From Antedon mediterranea (taxonomy: Eukaryota; Animalia; Echinodermata): a stretch of 64,000 bases of DNA. The translations under genes and the position numbers were made by a program. Position 1 is the first letter of the stretch. The number at the start of each line of letters is the position of its first letter. The stretch is from assembly GCF_964355755.1 (NCBI RefSeq), contig NC_092679.1, positions 9,965,432-10,029,431 on the forward strand, read 5' to 3'. Shown one piece after another: positions 14,713-30,600 of the stretch. Below the pieces are notes generated by a model. It did not search any database. It was given only the letters and a program-made list of their open reading frames with translations, and was not told the DNA's origin.

Positions 14713-17700
14713 TCAGCGAGAGAGAGAGATAGATCAGCGAGAGAGAGATAGATCAGCGAGAGAGAGATAGATCAGCGAGAGGGAGAGATAGATCAGCGAG
14801 AGAGAGATAGATCAGCGAGAGAGAGATAGATCAGCGAGAGAGAGATAGATCAGCGAGAGAGATAGATCAGCGAGAGAGAGAGATAGATCAGCGAGAGAGA
14901 GAGAGAGATAGATCAGCGAGAGAGAGAAAGATCAGCGAGAGAGAGATAGGTCAGCGACAGAGAGATAGATCAGCGAGAGAGAGATAGATCAGCGAGAGAG
15001 ATATAGATCAGCGAGAGAGAGAGATAGATCAGCGAGAGAGAGATAGATCAGCGAGAGAGAGAAAGATCAGCGAGAGAGAGATAGATCAGTGAGAGAGATA
15101 GATCAGCGAGAGAGAGATAGATTAGCGGGGGAGAGATAGATCAGCGAAAGAGAGATAGATAGATCAGAAAGAGAGAGATAGATCAGCGAGAGAGAGATAG
15201 ATTAGCAAGAGAGAGATAGATCAGCGAGAGAGAGATAGATCAGAGAGAGAGAGAGAGATCAGCGAGAGAGAGATAGATCAGCAAGAGAGAGATAGATCAG
15301 CGAGAGAGAGATAGATCAGCGAGAGAGAGATAGATAGATCAGCGAGAGAGAGATAGATCAGCGAGAGAGATATAGATCAGCGAGAGAGAGATAGACCAGC
15401 GAGAGATAGATAGATCAGCGAGAGAGAGAGATAGATCAGCAAGAGAGAGATAGATCAGCGAGAGAGAGAGATAGATCAGCGAGAGCGAGATAGATTAGCG
15501 AGAGAGAGATAGATCAGCGAGAGAGAGATAGATCAGAGAGAGAGAGAGAGAGATAGATCAGCGAGAAAGAGATAGATCAGCGAGAGAGATAGATAGATCA
15601 GCGAGAGAGAGAGAGAGAGATAGATCAGCGAGAGAGAGAAAGAGAGAGAGATCAGCGAGAGAGAGATAAATCAGCGAGAGAGAGATAGATCAGCGAGAAG
15701 GAGAAATAGATCAGCGAGAGAGATATAGATCAGCGAGAGAGAGATAGATCAGCGAGAAAGAAATAGATCAGCGAGAGAGAGATAGATCAGCGAGAGGGAG
15801 AGATAGATCAGCGAGAGAGAGATAGATCAGCGAGAGAGAGATAGATCAGCGAGAGGGAGAGATAGATCAGCGAGAGAGAGATAGATCAGCGAGAGAGAGA
15901 TAGATCAGCGAGAGAGAGATAGACCAGCGAGAGAGAGATAGGATCAGCGAGAGAGAGAGATAGATCAGCAACATAGATAGATCAGCGAGAAAGATAGATC
16001 AGCGAGAGGGAGAGATAGATCAGCGAGAGAGATATAGATCAGTGAGAGAGAGATAGATCAGCGAGAGAGATATAGATCAGCGAGAGAGAGATAGATCAGC
16101 GAGAGAGATAGATCAGCGAGAGAGAGAAAGATCAGCGAGAGAGAGATAGATCAGTGAGAGAGAGATAGATCAGCGAGAGAGAGATAGATTAGCGAGAGAG
16201 AGATAGATCAGCGAGAGAGAGAGAGAGATAGATCAGAGAGAGAGAGATAGATCAGCGAGAGAGAGATAGATCAGCGAGAGAGAGATAGATTAGCAAGAGA
16301 GAGATAGATCAGCGAGAGAGAGATAGATCAGCGAGAGAGAGATAGATCAGCGAGAGAGAGGTAGATTAGCGAGAGAGAGATATATCAGCGAGAGAGAGAT
16401 AGATAGATCAGCGAGAGAGAGATAGATCAGCGAGAGAGATATAGATCAGCGAGAGAGAGATAGATCAGCGAGAGATAGATAGATCAGCGAGAGAGAGAGA
16501 GATAGATCAGCAAGAGAGAGATAGATCAGCGAGAGAGAGAGATAGATCAGCGAGAGCGAGATAGATTAGCGAGAAATAGATAGATCAGCGAGAGAGAGAG
16601 AGATAGATCAGCGAGAAAGAGATAGATCAGCGAGAGAGAAATAGATCAGCGAGAGAGAGATAGATCAGCGAGAGGGAGAGATAGATCAGCGAGAGAGAGA
16701 TAGATCAGCGAGAGAGAGATAGATCAGCGAGAGAGAGAGAGATAGATCAGCGAGAGGGAGAGATAGATCAGCGAGAGAGAGATAGATCAGCGAGAGAGAG
16801 ATAGATCAGCTAGAGAGAGAGATAGATCAGCGAGATAGAGAAAGATCAGCGAGAGAGAGATAGATCAGCGACAGAGAGATAGATCAGCGAGAGGGAGAGA
16901 TAGATCAGCGAGAGAGAGATAGATCAGCGAGAGAGAGATAGATAGATCAGCGAGAGAGAGATAGATCAGCGAGAGAGAGATAGATCAGCGAGAGAGATAG
17001 ATCAGCGAGAGGGAGAGATAGATCAGCGAGAGAGAGAGAGAGATAGATCAGCGAGAGAGAGAAAGATCAGCGATAGAGAGATAGGTCAGCGACAGAGAGA
17101 TAGATCAGCGAAAGAGAGATAGATCAGCGAGAGAGATATAGATCAGCGAGAGAGAGATAGATCAGCGAGAGAGAGAGATAGATCAGCGAGAGAGAGAAAG
17201 ATCAGCGAGAGAGAGATAGATCAGTGAGAGAGAGATAGATCAGCGAGAGAGAGATAGATTAGAGGGGGAGAGATAGATCAGCGAGTGAGAGAGAGATAGA
17301 TCAGAAAGAGAGATAGATCAGCGAGAGAGAGATAGATCAGCGAGAGAGAGATAGATTAGCAAGAGAGAGATAGATCAGCGAGAGAGAGAGAGAGATCTGC
17401 GAGAGAGAGAGAGAGAGATCAGCGAGAGAGGGATAGATCAGCGAGAGAGAGAGATAGATCAGCGAGAGAGAGAAAGATCAGCGAGAGAGAGATAGATCAG
17501 CGACAGAGAGATAGATCAGCGAGAGAGAGATAGATCAGCGAGAGAGAGATAGATCAGCGAGAGAGAGAAAGATCAGTGAGAGAGAGATAGATCAGCGACA
17601 GAGAGATAGATCAGCGAGAGAGAGATAGATCAGCGAGAGAGAGAGAGAGGTCAGCGAGAGAGAGAGAGATAGATCAGCGAGAGAGAGATAGATCAGCGAG

Positions 17701-18981
17701 AGAGATAGATTAGCGAGAGAGAGATAGATAGATGAGCGAGAGAGAGATAGATCAGCGAGAGAGAGATAGATCAGCGAGAGAGAGATAGATCAGCGAGAGA
17801 GAGATAGATAGATCAGCGAGAGAGAGATAGATAGATCAGCGAGAGAGATAGATAGATCAGCGAGAGAGAGATAGATGAGCGAGAGAGAGATAGATCAGCG
17901 AGAGAGAGTTAGATCAGCGAGAGAGAGAGAGAGATAGATAAGCGAGAGAGAGATAGATCAGCGAGAGAGAGATAGATCAGCGAGAGGGAGAGATAGATCA
18001 GCGAGAGAGAGATAGATCAGCGAGAGAGATAGATCAGCGAGAGAGATAAATCAGCGAGAGAGAGATAGATCAGCAAGAGAGAGAGATAGATCAGCGAGAG
18101 AGAGATAGATCAGCGAGAGAGAGATAGATAGATCAGCGAGAGATAGAGATAGATAGATCAGCGAGAGAGAGATAGATAGATCAGCGAGAGAGAGATAGAT
18201 AGATCAGCGAGAGAGAGATAGATGAGCGAGAGAGAGATAGATCAGCGAGAGAGATAGATAGATCAGCGAGAGAGAGATAGATCAGCGAGAGATAGAGAGA
18301 GAGAGATAGATAAGCGAGAGAGAGAGATAGATCAATGAGAGAGAGATAGATCAGCGAGAGAGAGATAGATCAGCGAGAGGGAGAGATAGATCAGCGAGAG
18401 AGAGATAGATCAGCGAGAGAGAGATAGATCAGCGAGAGAGATAGATCAGCGAGAGAGAGATAGATCAGCGAGAGAGAGAGATGGATCAGCGAGAGAGAGA
18501 GATAGATCAGCGAGATAGAGAAAGATCTGCGAGAGAGAGATAAATCAGCGAGAGAGAGATAGATCAGCGAGAGAGAGATAGATCAGCGAGAGAGAGATAG
18601 ATCAGCGAGAGAGAGATAGATCAGCGAGAGAGAGATAGATCAGCGAGAGAGAGATAGATCAGCGAGAGAGAGATAGATAGATCAGCGAGAGAGAGATAGA
18701 TAGATCAGCGAGAGAGATAGATCAGCGAGAGAGATATAGATCAGCGAGAAGAGATATAGATCAGCGAGAGATAGATAGATCAGCGAGAGAGAGAGATAGA
18801 TCAGCAAGAGAGAGATAGATCAGCGAGAGAGAGAGATAGATCAGCGAGAGCGAGATAGATTAGCGAGAGAGAGATAGATCAGCGAGAGAGAGATAGATCA
18901 GCGAGAGAGAGAGAGAGATAGATCAGCGAGAAAGAGATAGATCAGCGAGAGAGATAGATAGATCAGCGAGAGAGAGATAGA

Positions 18982-19022
<41 letters not shown>

Positions 19023-21176
19023 TCAGCGAGAGAGAGAGAGATAGATCAGCGAGAGAGAGATAGATCAGCGAGAGAGAAATAGATCAGCGAGAGGGAGAGA
19101 TAGATCAGCGAGAGAGAGATAGATCAGCGAGAAAGAGATAGATCAGCGAGAGAGAGATAGATCAGCGAGAGAGATAGATCAGCGAGAGGGAGAGAGATAG
19201 ATCAGCGAGAGAGAGAGAGAGATAGATCAGCGAGAGAGAGAAAGATCAGCGATAGAGAGATAGGTCAGCGACAGAGAGATAGATCAGCGAAAGAGAGATA
19301 GATCAGCGAGAGAGATATAGATCAGCGAGAGAGAGATAGATCAGCGAGAGAGAGAGATAGATCAGCGAGAGAGAGAAAGATCAGCGAGAGAGAGATAGAT
19401 CAGTGAGAGAGAGATAGATCAGCGAGAGAGAGATAGATTAGAGGGGGAGAGATAGATCAGCGAGTGAGAGAGAGATAGATCAGAAAGAGAGATAGATCAG
19501 CGAGAGAGAGATAGATCAGCGAGAGAGAGATAGATTAGCAAGAGAGAGATAGATCAGCGAGAGAGAGAGAGAGATCAGCGAGAGAGAGAGAGAGATCAGC
19601 GAGAGAGGGATAGATCAGCGAGAGAGAGAGATAGATCAGCGAGAGAGAGAAAGATCAGCGAGAGAGAGATAGATCAGCGACAGAGAGATAGATCAGCGAG
19701 AGAGAGATAGATCAGCGAGAGAGAGATAGATCAGCGAGAGAGAGAAAGATCAGTGAGAGAGAGATAGATCAGCGACAGAGAGATAGATCAGCGAGAGAGA
19801 GATAGATCAGCGAGAGAGAGAGAGAGGTCAGCGAGAGAGAGAGAGATAGATCAGCGAGAGAGAGATAGATCAGCGAGAGAGATAGATTAGCGAGAGAGAG
19901 ATAGATAGATGAGCGAGAGAGAGATAGATCAGCGAGAGAGAGATAGATCAGCGAGAGAGAGATAGATCAGCGAGAGAGAGATAGATAGATCAGCGAGAGA
20001 GAGATAGATAGATCAGCGAGAGAGATAGATAGATCAGCGAGAGAGAGATAGATGAGCGAGAGAGAGATAGATCAGCGAGAGAGAGTTAGATCAGCGAGAG
20101 AGAGAGAGAGATAGATAAGCGAGAGAGAGATAGATCAGCGAGAGAGAGATAGATCAGCGAGAGGGAGAGATAGATCAGCGAGAGAGAGATAGATCAGCGA
20201 GAGAGATAGATCAGCGAGAGAGATAAATCAGCGAGAGAGAGATAGATCAGCAAGAGAGAGAGATAGATCAGCGAGAGAGAGATAGATCAGCGAGAGAGAG
20301 ATAGATAGATCAGCGAGAGATAGAGATAGATAGATCAGCGAGAGAGAGATAGATAGATCAGCGAGAGAGAGATAGATAGATCAGCGAGAGAGAGATAGAT
20401 GAGCGAGAGAGAGATAGATCAGCGAGAGAGATAGATAGATCAGCGAGAGAGAGATAGATCAGCGAGAGATAGAGAGAGAGAGATAGATAAGCGAGAGAGA
20501 GAGATAGATCAATGAGAGAGAGATAGATCAGCGAGAGAGAGATAGATCAGCGAGAGGGAGAGATAGATCAGCGAGAGAGAGATAGATCAGCGAGAGAGAG
20601 ATAGATCAGCGAGAGAGATAGATCAGCGAGAGAGAGATAGATCAGCGAGAGAGAGAGATGGATCAGCGAGAGAGAGAGATAGATCAGCGAGATAGAGAAA
20701 GATCTGCGAGAGAGAGATAAATCAGCGAGAGAGAGATAGATCAGCGAGAGAGAGATAGATCAGCGAGAGAGAGATAGATCAGCGAGAGAGAGATAGATCA
20801 GCGAGAGAGAGATAGATCAGCGAGAGAGAGATAGATCAGCGAGAGAGAGATAGATAGATCAGCGAGAGAGAGATAGATAGATCAGCGAGAGAGATAGATC
20901 AGCGAGAGAGATATAGATCAGCGAGAGAGATATAGATCAGCGAGAGATAGATAGATCAGCGAGAGAGAGAGATAGATCAGCAAGAGAGAGATAGATCAGC
21001 GAGAGAGAGAGATAGATCAGCGAGAGCGAGATAGATTAGCGAGAGAGAGATAGATCAGCGAGAGAGAGATAGATCAGCGAGAGAGAGATAGATCAGCGAG
21101 AGAGAGAGAGAGATAGATCAGCGAGAAAGAGATAGATCAGCGAGAGAGATAGATAGATCAGCGAGAGAGAGATAGA

Positions 21177-21219
<43 letters not shown>

Positions 21220-21558
21220 TCAGCGAGAGAGAGAGAGATAGATCAGCGAGAGAGAGATAGATCAGCGAGAGAGAAATAGATCAGCGAGAGGGAGAGATAG
21301 ATCAGCGAGAGAGAGATAGATCAGCGAGAAAGAGATAGATCAGCGAGAGAGATAGATCAGCGAGAGGGAGAGAGATAGATCAGCGAGAGAGAGAGAGAGA
21401 GAGATCAGCGAGAGAGAGAAAGATCAGCGATAGAGAGATAGGTCAGCGACAGAGAGATAGATCAGCGAAAGAGAGATAGATCAGCGAGAGAGATATAGAT
21501 CAGCGAGAGAGAGATAGATCAGCGAGAGAGATAGATAGATCAGCGAGAGAGAGATAGA

Positions 21559-21617
<59 letters not shown>

Positions 21618-24600
21618 AGCGAGAGAGAGAGAGATAGATCAGCGAGAGAGAGATAGATCAGCGAGAGAGAAATAGATCAGCGAGAGGGAGAGATAGATCA
21701 GCGAGAGAGAGATAGATCAGCGAGAAAGAGATAGATCAGCGAGAGAGAGATAGATCAGCGAGAGAGATAGATCAGCGAGAGGGAGAGAGATAGATCAGCG
21801 AGAGAGAGAGAGAGATAGATCAGCGAGAGAGAGAAAGATCAGCGATAGAGAGATAGGTCAGCGACAGAGAGATAGATCAGCGAAAGAGAGATAGATCAGC
21901 GAGAGAGATATAGATCAGCGAGAGAGAGGTAGATCAGCGAGAGAGAGAGATAGATCAGCGAGAGAGAGAAAGATCAGCGAGAGAGAGATAGATCAGTGAG
22001 AGAGAGATAGATCAGCGAGAGAGAGATAGATTAGAGGGGGAGAGATAGATCAGCGAGTGAGAGAGAGATAGATCAGAGAGAGATAGATCAGCGAGAGAGA
22101 GATAGATCAGCGAGAGAGAGATAGATTAGCAAGAGAGAGATAGATCAGCGAGAGAGAGAGAGATCAGCGAGAGAGAGAGAGAGAGATCAGCGAGAGAGAT
22201 AGATCAGCGAGAGAGAGATAGATCAGCGAGAGAGAGAGAGATCAGCGAGAGAGAGATAGATCAGCGAGAGAGAGATAGATCAGCGAGAGAGAGATAGATC
22301 AGCGAGAGAGAGATAGATAGATCAGCGAGAGAGAGATAGATCAGCGAGAGAGATATAGATCAGCGAGAGAGAGAAAGATCAGCGAGAGATAGATAGATCA
22401 GCGAGAGAGAGAGATAGATCAGCAAGAGAGAGATAGATCAGCGAGAGAGAGAGATAGATCAGCGAGAGCGAGATAGATTAGCGAGAGAGAGATAGATCAG
22501 CGAGAGAGAGATAGATCAGCGAGAGAGAGATAGATCAGCGAGAGAGATAGATCAGCGAGAGAGAGAGATAGATCAGCGAGAGAGAGAGAGAGAGATAGAT
22601 CTGCGAGAGAGAGAAAGATCAGCGAGAGAGAGATAGGTCAGCGACAGAGAGATAGATCAGCGAGAGAGAGATAGATCAGCGAGAGAGATATAGATCAGCG
22701 AGAGAGAGATAGATCAGCGAGAGAGAGATAGATCAGCGAGAGAGAGATAGATAGATCAGCGAGGGAGAGATAGATCAGCGAGAGAGATATAGATCAACGA
22801 GAGAGAGATAGATCAGCGAGAGATAGATAGATCAGCGAGAGAGAGATAGATCAGCGAGAGAGAGATAGATCAGCGAGAGAGAGAGATAGATCAGCGAGAG
22901 AGAGAAAGATCAGCGAGAGAGAGATAGATCAGCGACAGAGAGATAGATCAGCGAGAGAGAGATAGATCAGCGAGAGAGAGATAGATCAGCGAGAGAGAGA
23001 AAGATCAGTGAGAGAGAGATAGATCAGCGACAGAGAGATAGATCAGCGAGAGAGAGATAGATCAGCGAGAGAGAGAGATAGATCAGCGAGAGAGAGAGAG
23101 ATAGATCAGCGAGAGAGAGAGAGAGAGATAGATCAGCGAGAGAGAGAAAGATCAGCGAGAGAGAGATAGGTCAGCGACAGAGAGATAGATCAGCGAGAGA
23201 GAGATAGATCAGCGAGAGAGATATAGATCAGCGAGAGAGAGATAGATCAGCGAGAGAGAGATAGATCAGCGAGAGAGAGATAGATAGATCAGCGAGAGAG
23301 AGATAGATAGATCAGCGAGAGAGATAGATAGATCAGCGAGAGAGAGATAGATGAGCGAGAGAGAGATAGATCAGCGAGAGAGAGATAGATCAGCGAGAGA
23401 AAGAGAGAGATAGATAAGCGAGAGAGAGATAGATCAGCGAGAGAGAGATAGATCAGCGAGAGGGAGAGATAGATCAGCGAGAGAGAGATAGATCAGCGAG
23501 AGAGATAGATCAGCGAGAGAGATAAATCAGCGAGAGAGAGATAGATCAGCGAGAGAGAAATAGATCAGCGAGAGAGAGAGATGGATCAGCAAGAGAGAAA
23601 GATAGATCAGCGAGATAGAGAAAGATCTGCGAGAGAGAGATAGATCAGCGAGAGAGAGATAGATCAGCGAGAGCGAGATAGATTAGCGAGAGAGATAGAT
23701 CAGCGAGAGAGAGAGAGAGATAGATCAGCGAGAAAGAGATAGATCAGCGAGAGAGATAGATAGATCAGCGAGAGAGAGAGAGGGAGAGAGAGATAGATCA
23801 GCGAGAGAGAGAGAGAGAGAGAGATAGATCAGCGAGAGAGAGAGAGATAGATCAGCGAGAGAGAGATAGATCAGCGAGAGAGAGATAGATCAGCGAGAGG
23901 GAGAGATAGATCAGCGAGAGAAAGATAGATCAGCGAGAGAGAGATAGATCAGCGAGAGAGAGATAGATCAGCGAGAGAGATAGATCAGCGAGAGAGAGAG
24001 ATAGATCAGCGAGAGAGAGAGAGAGAGAGAGAGATAGATCAGCGAGAGAGAGAAAGATCAGCGAGAGAGAGATAGGTCAGCGACAGAGAGATAGATCAGC
24101 GAGAGAGAGATAGATCAGCGAGAGAGATATAGATCAGCGAGAGAGAGATAGATCAGCGAGAGAGAGATAGATAGATCAGCGAGAGGGAGAGATAGATCAG
24201 CGAGAGAGAGATAGATCAGCGAGAGAGATAGATCAGCGAGAGAGATAAATCAGCGAGAGAGAGATAGATCAGCGAGAGAGAGATAGATCAGCGAGAGAGA
24301 GAGATGGATCAGCGAGAGAGAGAGATAGATCAGCGAGATAGAGAAAGATCTGCGAGAGAGAGATAGATCAGCGAGAGAGAGATAGATCAGCGAGAGAGAG
24401 ATAGATCAGCGAGAGAGAGAGAGAGAAATAGATCAGCGAGATAGAGAAAGATCAGCGAGAGAGAGATAGATCAGCAACAGAGAGATAGATCAGCGAGAGA
24501 GATATAGATCAGCGAGAGAGATATAGATCAGCGAGAGAGAGATAGATCAGCGAGAGAGATAGATAGATCAGCGTGAGAGAGATAGATCAGCGAGAAAGAG

Positions 24601-27600
24601 AGAGATAGATCAGCGAGAGAGAGATAGATCAGCGAGAGAGAGATAGATAAGCGAGAGGGAGAGATAGATCAGCGAGAGAGATATAGATCAGCGAGAGAGA
24701 GATAGATCAGCGAGAGAGAGATAGATCAGCGAGAGAAAGATAGATCAGCGAGAGAGAGAGAGAGAGATAGATCAGCGAGAGAGAGAGATAGATCAGCGAG
24801 AGAGAGAAATAACAGCGAGAGAGAGATAGATCAGCGACAGAGAGATAGATCAGCGAGAGAGAGATAGATCAGCGAGAGAGAGAGAGATCAGCAACAGAGA
24901 GATAGATCAGCGAGAGAGATATAGATCAGCGAGAGAGATATAGATCAGCGAGAGAGAGATAGATCAGCGAGAGAGATAGATAGATCAGCGTGAGAGAGAT
25001 AGATCAGCGAGAGAGAGAGAGATAGATCAGCGAGAGAGAGATAGATCAGCGAGAGAGAGATAGATAAGCGAGAGGGAGAGATAGATCAGCGAGAGAGATA
25101 TAGATCAGCGAGAGAGAGATAGATCAGCGAGAGAGAGATAGATCAGCGAGAGAGAGATAGATCAGCGAGAGAGAGAGAGATAGATCAGCGAGAGAGAGAG
25201 ATAGATCAGCGAGAGAGAGAAATAACAGCGAGAGAGAGATAGATCAGCGACAGAGAGATAGATCAGCGAGAGAGAGATAGATCAGCGAGAGAGAGAGAGA
25301 TCAGCGAGAGAGAGAGATAGATCAGCGAGAGAGAGATAGATAGATCAGCGAGAGAGAGATAGATAGATCAGCGAGAGAGAGATAGATAGATGAGCGAGAG
25401 AGAGATAGATCAGCGAGAGAGAGATAGATCAGCGAGAGAGAGAGAGAGATAGATAAGCGAGAGAGAGAGATAGATCAGCGAGAGAGAGAAAGATCAGCGA
25501 GAGAGAGATAGATCAGCGACAGAAAGATAGATCAGCGAGAGAGAGATAGATCAGCGAGAGAGAGATAGATCAGCGAGAGAGAGATAGATAGATCAGCGAG
25601 AGAGAGATAGATAGATCAGCGAGAGAGAGATAGATCAGCGAGAGAGAGATAGATAGATCAGCGAGAGAGAGATAGGTCAGCGAGAGAGAGATAGATCAGC
25701 GAGAGAGAGATAGATCAGCGAGAGAGAGAGAGATAGATCAGCGAGAGAGAGATAGATCAGCGAGAGAGAGATAGATCAGCGAGAGAGAGAGAGATCAGCG
25801 AGAGAGAGATAGATCAGCGAGAAAGAGAGAGATAGATCAGCGAGAGAGAGATAGATCAGCGAGAGAGAGATAGATAGATCAGCGAGAGAGAGATAGATCA
25901 GCGAAAGAGAGATAGATAGATCAGCGAGAGAGAGATAGATCAGCGAGAGAGATAGATTAGCGAGAGAGTGAGATAGATAAGCGAGAGAGAGAAAGATCAG
26001 CGAGAGAGAGATAGATCAGCGAGAGAGAGATAGATCAGCGAGAGAGAGATTGATCAGCGAGAAAGAGATAGATCAGCGAGAGAGATAGAAAGATCAGCGA
26101 GAGAGAGATAGATCAGCGAGAGAGAGAGAGAGAGATAGATCAGCCAGAGAGAGAGAGATAGATCAGCGAGAGAGAGATAGATCAGCGAGAGAGAGATAGA
26201 TCAGCGAGAGGGAGAGATAGATCAGCGAGAGAGATATAGATCAGCGAGAGAGAGATAGATCAGCGAGAGAGAGATAGATCAGCGAGAGAGAGATAGATCA
26301 GCGAGAGAGAGAGATAGATCAGCGAGAGAGAGAGATAGATCAGCGAGAGAGAGAAAGATCAGCGAGAGAGAGATAAATCAGCGACAGAGAGATAGATCAG
26401 CGAGAGAGAGATAGATCAGCGAGAGAGAGAGGGGTCAGCGAGAGAGAGAGAGATAGATCAGCGAGAGAGAGATAGATCAGCGAGAGAGAGATAGAAAGAT
26501 CAGCGAGAGAGAGATAGATAGATCAGCGAGAGAGAGATAGATCAGCGAAAAAGAGATAGATAGATCAGCGAGAGAGAGATAGATCAGCGAGAGAGATAGA
26601 TTAGCGAGAGAGAGAGAGATAGATAAGCGAGAGAGAGAAAGATCAGCGAGAGAGAGATAGATCAGCGAGAGAGAGATAGATCAGCGAGAGAGATAGATCA
26701 GCGAGAGAGAGAAATAGATCAGCGAGAGAGAGAGAGATAGATCAGCGAGAGAGAGATAGATCAGCGAGAGAATGATAGATAAGCGAGAGAGAGATAGATT
26801 AGCGAGAGAGAGATAGATCAGCGAGAGAGAGATAGATCAGCGAGAGGGAGAGATAGATCAGCGAGAGAAAGATAGATCAGCGAGAGAGAGATAGATCAGC
26901 GAGAGAGAGATAGATCAGCGAGAGAGATAGATCAGCGAGAGAGAGAGATAGATCAGCGAGAGAGAGAGAGAGAGATAGATCAGCGAGAGAGAGAAAGATC
27001 AGCGAGAGAGAGATAGGTCAGCGACAGAGAGATAGATCAGCGAGAGAGAGATAGATCAGCGAGAGAGATATAGATCAGCGAGAGAGAGATAGATCAGCGA
27101 GAGAGAGATAGATAGATCAGCGAGGGAGAGATAGATAAGCGAGAGAGATATAGATCAGCGAGAGAGAGATAGATCAGCGAGAGATAGATAGATCAGCGAG
27201 AGAGAGATAGATCAGCGAGAGAGAGATAGATCAGCGAGAGAGAGAGATAGATCAGCGAGAGAGAGAAAGATCAGCGAGAGAGAGATAGATCAGCGACAGA
27301 GAGATAGATCAGCGAGAGAGCAAGATAGATCAGCGAGAGAGAGATAGATCAGCGAGAGAGAGAAAGATCAGTGAGAGAGAGATAGATCAGCGACAGAGAG
27401 ATAGATCAGCGACAGAGAGATAGATCAGCGAGAGAGAGAGAGAGGTCAGCGAGAGAGAGAGATATAGATCAGCGAGAGAGAGATAGATCAGCGAGAGAGA
27501 GATAGATAGATCAGCGAGAGAGATAGATTAGCGAGAGAGAGATAGATAGATGAGCGAGAGAGAGATAGATCAGCGAGAGAGAGATAGATCAGCGAGAGAG

Positions 27601-30600
27601 AGATAGATCAGCGACAGAGAGATAGATAGATCAGCGAGAGAGAGATAGATAGATCAGCGAGAGAGATAGATAGATCAGCGAGAGAGAGATAGACCAGCGA
27701 GAGAGAGATAGATCAGCGAGAGAGAGATAGATCAGCGAGAGAGAGAGAGATAGATAAGCGAGAGAGAGATAGATCAGCGAGAGAGAGATAGATCAGCGAG
27801 AGGGAGAGATAGATCAGCAAGAGAGAGATAGATCAGCGAGAGAGATAGATCAGCGAGAGAGATAAATCAGCGAGAGAGAGATAGATCAGCGAGAGAGAGA
27901 TAGATCAGCGAGAGAGAGAGATGGATCAGCGAGAGAGAGAGATAGATCAGCGAGATAGAGAAAGATCTGCGAGAGAGAGATAGATCAGCGAGAGAGAGAT
28001 AGATCAGCGAGAGAGAGATAGATCAGCGAGAGAGAGATAGATCAGCGAGAGAGAGAAATAGATCAGCGAGATAGAGAAAGATCAGCGAGAGAGAGATAGA
28101 TCAGCGACAGAGAGATAGATCAGCGACAGAGATATAGATCAGCGAGAGAGATATAGATCAGCGAGAGAGAGATAGATCAGCGAGAGAGATAGATAGATCA
28201 GCGTGAGAGAGATAGATCAGCGAGAGAGAGAGAGATAGATCAGCGAGAGAGAGATAGATCAGCGAGAGAGAGATAGATAAGCGAGAGGGAGAGATAGATC
28301 AGCGAGAGAGATATAGATCAGCGAGAGAGAGATAGATCAGCGAGAGAGAGATAGATCAGCGAGAGAGAGATAGATCAGCGAGAAAGAGAGAGATAGATCA
28401 GCGAGAGAGAGAGATAGATCAGCGAGAGAGAGAAATAACAGCGAGAGAGAGATAGATCAGCGACAGAGAGATAGATCAGCGAGAGAGAGATAGATCAGCG
28501 AGAGAGAGAGAGATCAGCGAGAGAGAGAGATAGATCAGCGAGAGAGAGATAGATCAGCGAGAGAGAGATAGATAGATCAGCGAGAGAGAGATAGATAGAT
28601 CAGCGAGAGAGAGATAGATAGATGAGCGAGAGAGAGATAGATCAGCGAGAGAGAGATAGATCAGCGAGAGAGAGAGAGAGATAGATAAGCGAGAGAGAGA
28701 GATAGATCAGCGAGAGAGAGAAAGATCAGCGAGAGAGAGATAGATCAGCGACAGAAAGATAGATCAGCGAGAGAGAGATAGATCAGCGAGAGAGAGATAG
28801 ATAGATCAGCGAGAGAGAGATAGATAGATCAGCGAGAGAGAGATAGATAGATCAGCGAGAGAGAGATAGATCAGCGAGAGAGAGATAGATAGATCAGCGA
28901 GAGAGAGATAGGTCAGCGAGAGAGAGATAGATCAGCGAGAGAGAGATAGATCAGCGAGAGAGAGATAGATCAGCGAGAGAGAGATAGATCAGCGAGAGAG
29001 AGATAGATCAGCGAGAGAGAGAGAGATCAGCGAGAGAGAGATAGATCAGCGAGAGAGAGAGAGATAGATCAGCGAGAGAGAGATAGATCAGCGAGAGAGA
29101 GATAGATAGATCAGCGAGAGAGAGATAGATCAGCGAAAGAGAGATAGATAGATCAGCGAGAGAGAGATAGATCAGCGAGAGAGATAGATTAGCGAGAGAG
29201 AGAGATTGATAAGCGAGAGAGAGAAAGATCAGCGAGAGAGAGATAGATCAGCGAGAGAGAGATAGATCAGCGAGAGAGAGATTGATCAGCGAGAAAGAGA
29301 TAGATCAGCGAGAGAGATAGAAAGATCAGCGAGAGAGAGATAGATCAGCGAGAGAGAGAGAGAGAGATAGATCAGCCAGAGAGAGAGAGATAGATCAGCG
29401 AGAGAGAGATAGATCAGCGAGAGAGAGATAGATCAGCGAGAGGGAGAGATAGATCAGCGAGAGAGATATAGATCAGCGAGAGAGAGATAGATCAGCGAGA
29501 GAGAGATAGATCAGCGAGAGAGAGATAGATCAGCGAGAGAGAGAGATAGATCAGCGAGAGAGAGAGATAGATCAGCGAGAGAGAGAAAGATCAGCGAGAG
29601 AGAGATAAATCAGCGACAGAGAGATAGATCAGCGAGAGAGAGATAGATCAGCGAGAGAGAGAGGGGTCAGCGAGAGAGAGAGAGATAGATCAGCGAGAGA
29701 GAGATAGATCAGCGAGAGAGAGATAGATAGATCAGCGAGAGAGAGATAGATAGATCAGCGAGAGAGAGATAGATCAGCGAAAAAGAGATAGATAGATCAG
29801 CGAGAGAGAGATAGATCAGCGAGAGAGATAGATTAGCGAGAGAGAGAGAGATAGATAAGCGAGAGAGAGAAAGATCAGCGAGAGAGAGATAGATCAGCGA
29901 GAGAGAGATAGATCAGCGAGAGAGATAGATCAGCGAGAGAGAGAAATAGATCAGCGAGAGAGAGAGAGATAGATCAGCGAGAGAGAGATAGATCAGCGAG
30001 AGAATGATAGATAAGCGAGAGAGAGATAGATTAGCGAGAGAGAGATAGATCAGCGAGAGAGAGATAGTTCAGCGAAAGAGAGAGATCAGCGAGAAAGAGA
30101 TAGATCAGCGACAGAGAGATAGATCAGCGACAGAGAGATAGATCAGCGAGAGAGATATAGATCAGCGAGAGAGATATAGATCAGCGAGAGAGAGATAGAT
30201 CAGCGAGAGAGATAGATAGATCAGCGTGAGAGAGATAGATCAGCGAGAGAGAGAGAGATAGATCAGCGAGAGAGAGATAGATCAGCGAGAGAGAGATAGA
30301 TAAGCGAGAGGGAGAGATAGATCAGCGAGAGAGATATAGATCAGCGAGAGAGAGATAGATCAGCGAGAGAGAGATAGATCAGCGAGAGAGAGATAGATCA
30401 GCGAGAGAGAGAGAGATAGATCAGCGAGAGAGAGAGATAGATCAGCGAGAGAGAGAAATAACAGCGAGAGAGAGATAGATCAGCGACAGAGAGATAGATC
30501 AGCGAGAGAGAGATAGATCAGCGAGAGAGAGAGAGATCAGCGAGAGAGAGAGATAGATCAGCGAGAGAGAGATAGATCAGCGAGAGAGAGATAGATAGAT